In this document: positions 37,053 to 43,075 of the stretch, piece after piece | Numbering within the stretch: the first letter of the stretch is position 1 | How the letters are laid out: each line of letters starts with the position of its first letter | DNA from: Octopus bimaculoides | Lineage: Eukaryota | DNA length: 43,075 bases | Direction: 5' to 3' | NCBI RefSeq assembly: GCF_001194135.2 | Contig: NC_069005.1 | Coordinates: 21,725,451 to 21,768,525, forward strand | Translations under genes and position numbers: made by a program | The notes under the pieces: generated by a model | Told to the model about the DNA's origin: nothing | Databases searched by the model: none | What the model saw: the letters and a program-made list of their open reading frames with translations, nothing else

Positions 37053-37330
37053 GGCACTCTGTTAGTTATGACAACGAGGGTTCCAGTTGATCCGATCAAT
37101 GGAACAGCCTGCTCATGAAATTGATGTGCAAGTAGTTTTCAGCGTGACACAAAATGTGACAAGGCTGGCTCTTTGAAATACGGATACTGCTCATTTTTGC
37201 TGGCTGAATAGACTGGAGCAACATGAAATAAAGTGTCTTGCTCAAAGACACAATGCATCACCGGGAATTGAACTCACAACCTTGTGATCATGAGCTGAAT
37301 ACCCTAACCATTATGCCACTTGCCTTCACC
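37053..37330 (-). mobile_element. tRNA-derived SINE with an 11-bp TSD
   Basis: TSD acttaccctat at 37042-37052 and 37331-37341. The tail is shared with 21175-21558 and the head/core with 11290-11635. Confidence 0.88.
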
Positions 37331-37523
37331 ACTTACCCTATAATATTACTACAAAATAATGCAGGACTAAGTCAAATCAATGTGAATAAATAAGCATAAA
37401 ATTTGACAGAGAAATCTGAATGTTAAAGGGTTAAATTTCATTTCTGGTAATGAATTCATGTCTTGGGTGCAAAGTACGTGGGTTATTTACAGAGTGGAAA
37501 TAAATATTATGCAAAAGAAACAT

Positions 37524-37566
<43 letters not shown>

Positions 37567-37577
37567 CTTTTTTATAG

Positions 37578-37666
37578 AAAAAGAGGACACTGTTGATTAT
37601 GCTCCAGGAATCAAACAATCTGGAAATGCCAAAATATCTTTTGATGACGATAACTACTTTGAAAAG
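37578..37666 (+). CDS. unc-104: Kinesin-3 exon C, 89 nt
   Basis: Long poly-T tract then tttatag|aa; donor gaaaag|gtgcgt. Translates (E)KEDTVDYAPGIKQSGNAKISFDDDNYFEK, matching KIF1 PDYGSGIRQSGTAKISFD. Phase 1 in, phase 0 out. Confidence 0.94.
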
Positions 37667-37920
37667 GTGCGTTCAATTTACTTTGACTGTCTACCTGAAC
37701 ACACTTGGTGTGTTTACTTGTGTGTACATATATATGTGTATGTGCTAGTGTTCATGTATGTGTGTGTGTGTGCATATATGTATATATACATATGTATGTA
37801 TACACACATGTATCTTAGAGACAATATATATGGGTACTATATATGCATACATATATGCATATATATAAATGCATACACATGCAGATTACTTGTGTGTATG
37901 TGTGTAGATATATACATGTT

Positions 37921-37968
<48 letters not shown>

Positions 37969-38233
37969 NNNNNNNNNNAAATGCTTGCACACACATACAT
38001 ATATGCATTATATTCATACATATTCAAGCATACACACACACAGATATGCATATACATACATATTTGTATGTCACAATGTAGAAATAATTTGAGTGCTTAG
38101 AAGTAACCAATTAAAAGAAATAACCCAAACATTTTTTTTAAACTCCTGTGTGAAATCAAAATGAAATAAAATAATGAGCAAAGATTCATAATGTACAGCT
38201 ATTACAATATTTCCATATTTACAAGTTGGTATC

Positions 38234-38773
38234 AAAATGTTTTTTAGTAAGCGAGTCAAGGACCCCCAGTGATTCGTCCTGGATCTTGACAGTGAGTGGT
38301 ATTAAAACAATGAACTTTGAGTTGCATTTTCATCTTGGGGTAGAGAGGGAAACCCACAGGTGCTAAATCTAGTGAATAGGGCAGGTACGGAAGCAGTACC
38401 ACATTGCTTTTGGAGAGTTCAGTGACAGGGTGCATTGTCTTCATGAAGAATCCAATTCTTCATGCTTCACAAATCTACTCACTTTTACCAAATGTCCTCC
38501 CTCAAATTCTTTAAAACATTGCAGTCAAACTCTCGGTTGATGGTTTGGCCTGGGAGACGAATTTTTGATTCAAATTACCACATTTCTGAGGTGTGTTGCA
38601 TGTGGCAGGTCTTCCATATTGCTCATCGTCTTCCAAGGATGTTCTTCCACTTTTGAAGTGCCCATGCCACTCAAAACATTGCAGACGACCCATTGCCTCA
38701 TTGCCTTAAACTTGCCAAAGCTGTACGCTTGTCTCTGTAACAGACTTCCCAAGTTTAACACAAAATTTTATGT
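38234..38773 (-). pseudogene. Decayed, internally deleted mariner (DD34D-type) transposase
   Basis: Minus-strand frames give IKFCVKLGKSVTET..., CFEWHGHFKSGRTSLEDDEQYGRP (HTH region), GQTINREF..VLKNLRE, NWILHEDNAPCH, PYSLDLAP and KIQDESLGVLDSLTKKHF. There are multiple stops and frameshifts, and the region carrying the first catalytic D is missing. Confidence 0.9.
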
Positions 38774-38826
38774 AGTAAAGATTGTTTGCCAACATAACAT
38801 GGCAGTTCTGGTTTAGGACGAATGTT
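38774..38826. repeat. Solo arm of the 10275-10563 MITE
   Basis: agtaaagattgtttgccaacataacatggcagttctggtttaggacgaatgtt has one mismatch to 10281-10333. Confidence 0.9.
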
Positions 38827-38829
38827 TAA

Positions 38830-38871
38830 GAGTGGATTTTGTAAATGGAACTGAAAGAAGCCTGTCACATA

Positions 38872-38913
<42 letters not shown>

Positions 38914-39132
38914 TCCACTCCACCCCCACCACTCAACAACTGGTGTCGGTGAGCTTACATCCACTGTAACTTAGCAGTTTGGCAGAAGAGATCAATAAAA
39001 TAAGTGCTAGGCTTAAAACAAAAACAAAAAAAAATAGAAAGTACTGGGGTTGATTCATTCAACTAAAGTTTCATTAAGACGGTGCCCCAGCATGGCCACA
39101 GTCTGATAACTGAAACAAGTAAAAGGTAAAGA
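38830..39132 (+). mobile_element. SINE family A, 5'-truncated
   Basis: agtggattttgtaaatggaactgaaagaagcc...(GT)n...ggtgccccagcatggccacagtc...gaaacaagtaaaaggtaaag. Confidence 0.8.
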
Positions 39133-39232
39133 GGATAGAAGATGCTCAGAACTAGAACTGCTTTATCAGAGCTGACCTTGGTCTAAACAACAGCAACAAT
39201 AAAACACACACATCCATATACAACACACACAC

Positions 39233-39269
<37 letters not shown>

Positions 39270-39370
39270 ACACATACATTCTGTTCTGTTTTTGTGTATT
39301 TATTGTTTTTATAATATGACTTCTGTTAATTTTTATTAACGTAAATTCTGTAAAAATATTTTGTTTAGAT

Positions 39371-39613
39371 CAGTGGTTCTCAACCATTTTATTTGATTCC
39401 TATTTTACCCTACTGGACCCCCCAAAGCCATTCAATGTTAAAAAACAAAACTCATATATTTTCATAATTAAATATTATTAAGAATTGTATTAAAAAAAAT
39501 TAAAATATTTTGTGCATTGTAGAAGTACAACCAATTTATTGCACATAAATTTTAACAGCAAAATCTTATTTGGGTCCCACAAGGGTTATATGGATCCTGG
39601 TTGAGAATCACTG
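39371..39613. mobile_element. hAT (Charlie-like) MITE, 243 bp, with a perfect 8-bp TSD
   Basis: TIRs cagtggttctcaacc / ggttgagaatcactg (14 of 15 match). TSD gtttagat at 39363-39370 and 39614-39621. Confidence 0.95.
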
Positions 39614-39729
39614 GTTTAGATTTTGTTATTCATTAAAACTAAAGAAATATATGGGTTAAATATATGTGTTGTCTTGAACTTTCATGTATATTGTCATTTT
39701 AAAAGGGCACATGTATTAAGTCAGTTTTT

Positions 39730-40026
39730 GAATTCTGCCTATGTTAGTTTTGCCATTCATCATTTTAGGGGTTCAGAAAATAAGTACTAGTTAAGTGAAA
39801 GGAGTGAGAATTTGGGGCGAAAGGGCCTTAGTTAAATTAATGACTCCATCCCCCCACCATTTCATGACCTACTGAAATTGCAGATCATCATCATCATCAT
39901 CATCATCATCATTAGATTGATAAAATAAGTGCTAGGTGAGGACTGGTGAGTGGGGTGTCAGTGTAGTTCACTAACCCCTCTTCCTAAAATCGCTGGTCTT
40001 ATGCCTGATTTTGGAGTTGTAGTTGT

Positions 40027-40076
<50 letters not shown>

Positions 40077-40677
40077 TTGTGGTAAGATGTTAGAATTTTT
40101 AGTGCATTTGACAAAATGCCTGGCAGCATTTCTTCGGGCTCTTTACATTCTGAGTTCAGATTCTGTCAATGTCAACTTTGCCTTTCGTTCTTTTGGAGTC
40201 AATACAATAAAGTACCTGCCAAATACTGGAAGCAGTGTACATGTCTAACCATCCCCCCTCAAAATTGCAGGCCTTGTGCCAAAATCTGAAATGGAAGATT
40301 GGCAGAAATGCCTTGTGGTGTTTAGTTAGTTACAACTCCTTTATGCTTTAAGTTCAAATCCCACCATTGCTGACTTTGCTTTTCATCATTCTGGGATTGG
40401 TAAAGTAGCAATCAAAAACTAGGTGTGGAGGAGGTGGGAGTAGTCATTATAATTAGCTATTTCTCCTAAAAATGTGGTCTTGTGCCTATGTAAGAAATTA
40501 TCATCATCAGTATCATCATCAGGGCAGTGGACTGTCGGAAAAAATGCCTTGCATTGCTTAGTTACATCACCTTATGTTCAGATTTCAAATCACATCGAGG
40601 TCAACTTTGCCTTTCATACTTCTGAAGTTGATAAAATAAAGTACCAGTCATGTACTGGGGGTTGATGTAATCACTTG
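39730..40677 (+). mobile_element. Head-to-tail cluster of about four SINE family B copies separated by (CAT)n/(ACT)n
   Basis: The family B core (gagttca.at...actttgcctttc...gataaaataagtacc) recurs at about 39730-40020, 40080-40291, 40293-40500 and 40522-40677. Confidence 0.75.
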
Positions 40678-40986
40678 TATGTGTGTGCACATGTGTGTGT
40701 TGATGTTTGTGCATTTTTCATTTGAGGGTTGTGCACTTTAGTGTTTGCCTTCATTTTCTACTAATTACCTTTAATTACTTTTAAAGATCAATCGTTAGAG
40801 TCTATTATTGATAGCAAAACATTTATTCAGTGCCTTCATAAGATATTTCCACATTGATAATACAAGTAGGGGGTAGATGGGGTACTTTAGTTAGCTCAAT
40901 TCTGTCTCGTTGCACAAGAAGCTACCGACACTGCCATAAGCCTCTAGACATTATCCAGGCTGTAGTTATGTCTTTGTCTTCGGTAG

Positions 40987-41116
40987 AAACAGTTGTATAG
41001 CCCAAAACTTGCACAAGATTGCAGTAATTTGAAGAAAGCTGTTGAACTTCCACCGCAGGAGGAAGAACGTATCGTTGAGGGCGAAGGTACCAGTCCAGAT
41101 TCTAATGAAATGCTTG
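40987..41116 (+). CDS. unc-104: Kinesin-3 exon D, 130 nt (124 nt if the acceptor before 40993 is used); absent from the ORF track
   Basis: Acceptor tctttgtcttcggtag|aaacag|ttg and donor cttg|gtgagt. Translates [KQ]LYSPKLAQDCSNLKKAVELPPQEEERIVEGEGTSPDSNEML; EEERIVEGEG resembles KIF1A/B EELRIVEGQG. Phase 0 in and phase 1 out bridge exons C and E exactly. Confidence 0.9.
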
Positions 41117-41514
41117 GTGAGTAGCAACGAACTTAATTCTTTATTCAATCTTTATCCTGATCAATGTTGTACGGTTGTGACTTTAAAACATATTTCATGT
41201 ATAGGACTTGCATAATTTGTACATGTTTGTATATGTTTGTGTGTGAGTGTGCATGTGTTGGGTTTCATTCATGTTGTTAGCAAAGGTGATAAATTTGAAA
41301 ATTACATATGTAACACAAAAAGTTAGTACTGTACAATGTTATGGACTGATCTGTCAGTCTTTCTGCCAACCAGCTAATTCTTTAATGATTTGAGCCACTT
41401 GAGTGCACAGTTTCGTAGTGGTGGTGTCTGTGTCTTTATATAAAAATGAAGGTGATGCTCGCATTGTCTACACTTGCTTATATACTTTTGTTTATAATCA
41501 CTACAAAGTATGCA

Positions 41515-41571
<57 letters not shown>

Positions 41572-41580
41572 AATGTCACA

Positions 41581-42450
41581 TGATGAGAATGAGTGCTCAA
41601 CACCACATTGGTAGATATAATTTCTTTATTTGTGTATTAAGGCTACCATTGGTTTTATGTTAAGACATATCTTAAGCCATTCACATGGAGGAATGGTGTT
41701 CATCTCCATTATATATATATACATGGCATACCAAAAGTCATGAAACCTGATTGCATATTGTGATCTATGGGGACAATCTGGTAGATTTAGCTGTTGTATG
41801 AGCTGCATATTTATACTTGTGACATTTGGCTCATTCTGCATATATATACATATATATATATATATATAGTTGGTCACTTATACTTAGTGTATGTTTTGTT
41901 CATATACCAGTTTGCTGCAGATAGCATCCTGGGAAAAATCCCTACACAACGCCTAGTGTTAAAGAACAATGAGTGTCTCAGACAGGGTGAGACAACTCAT
42001 CCCAAAGTAGAACGAGAATGATAAATATTAATATTTTGCTATTGTTTTAGCTCTTCAGTATCATATACTCAACTCACATCGAAACACAAAATGAATCACT
42101 GGTCTGAGATATATATGCAAATAGTGTAAAATCTATTCACTGATGTGCTGTGGTATAGCAAAAGTGAAACAAAATTAAATTTAAAAAAAAAAACTGAAAG
42201 TGAAACAAAATTAAATTAAAAGAAAAAGCAGCCCTAATAATGTAAGCATTTATCAATCTTACATACAATAGTGTGTGTGCACGAATGTTGAATGATGAAA
42301 ATGAATGCTCAACACTGCATTGGTGGATATAATTTTTTTATTTATGAATTAAGGCTACCAGTGGTTTCATGCTAAGAAAAGTAGGAAAATATCCTAGTGT
42401 CTTCACAATTTTTCAAGCCAATCACATGGAGAAAGGTGTTCGCCTCCATT
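41581..42450 (+). repeat. Two direct copies of a sequence of about 130-160 bp (41581-41710 and 42290-42450)
   Basis: gatgagaatgagtgctcaacaccacattggtagatataattt...ttaaggctacca...aagccattcacatggag...ctccatt is repeated; the second copy carries an internal insertion of about 30 bp. Confidence 0.8.
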
Positions 42451-42632
42451 TTGGAAAACAGACGCTAGCTGTTGGCTTGGTTTCTCTGGCTGGATACCCT
42501 TCCTAGCACCAACCACTTAAGAATGTGAATAAATAAGCATTACATTTGAGATTGAATGCTAAAGGGTTATATATTTATTTATTTTGTCTTTTTTAAAATT
42601 AACTTGTAATATTTGTTATTCTCATTCTACAG

Positions 42633-42807
42633 AGGAAGGTAAAGTGAATGTGGATAATACTCGTGAGTCTGCAGACTACTTCCCAGACATTGCAGACAAG
42701 GAATTGCCAGAACACCTGAAAATAGGATCTGTATTTCAGTTCCGAGTTACAGTCTTAAAAGCATCTGGTATTTCTCCTGAATATGCTGATATATTCTGCC
42801 AATTTAA
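42633..42807 (+). CDS. unc-104: Kinesin-3 exon E, 175 nt
   Basis: Acceptor cattctacag|ag and donor tttaa|gtgagt. Translates (E)[57 protein letters not shown], matching KIF1 [30 protein letters not shown]. Phase 1 in, phase 2 out; the gene continues beyond the window. Confidence 0.96.
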
Positions 42808-42870
42808 GTGAGTGTCTTTTTTTTCTCTCTCTCTCTCTTTCTCTCTGTGTCTATTTCTGTCTGTCTGTTG

Positions 42871-42912
<42 letters not shown>

Positions 42913-43028
42913 TGCATATAATTTATACATATATATTTGTGTGTGTACACAAATACATTTGCATACATACAGATATATATATATATATATATATAAACAT
43001 ATAAGCACACACATACATGCACACATTG

Positions 43029-43075
<47 letters not shown>

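Larger units (their letters stand above)
36799..37430 (+). mobile_element. Family P MITE interrupted by two younger insertions
   Basis: Host pieces 36799-36847, 37010-37052 and 37331-37430 rejoin into the 7578-7796 consensus, ending aatgttaaaggg|ttaa. Confidence 0.8.

Noticed and set aside
40959-40986. Upstream AG acceptors for exon D (before 40959 and 40966)
   Set aside because: Both run into a TAG stop in the frame required by exon C.
35370-42807. Intronic sequence complementary to the kinesin exons (editing-complementary elements)
   Set aside because: None was seen by eye; short imperfect matches cannot be excluded without a folding or alignment run.

Overview
This is AT-rich, microsatellite- and repeat-dense animal genomic DNA with assembly gaps. 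The repeat landscape suggests an octopus or other coleoid cephalopod (inference from remembered repeat families, not from a search). The only supportable gene is five consecutive, phase-compatible, plus-strand coding exons of a kinesin-3 (unc-104/KIF1A/KIF1B-like) stalk/tail region at 35370-42807 (651 nt). One of these exons (40987-41116) is missed by the ORF track. No upstream exon was found in 1-35369, so that stretch appears to be one very large intron unless an exon lies in a gap. The rest is tRNA-derived SINEs of several families, MITEs with hAT-, piggyBac- and Tc1/mariner-type termini, a decayed mariner transposase, an RTE-like LINE fragment, minisatellites and microsatellites. The most notable structures are five unrelated fold-back elements (about 160-470 bp) and an inverted SINE pair that would form long dsRNA in the pre-mRNA, a three-layer nested insertion with readable target-site duplications, an in-frame tandem splice acceptor and an Arg-to-Cys change in a conserved kinesin motif. 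I found no firm evidence of a wholly new biological system; these are leads.
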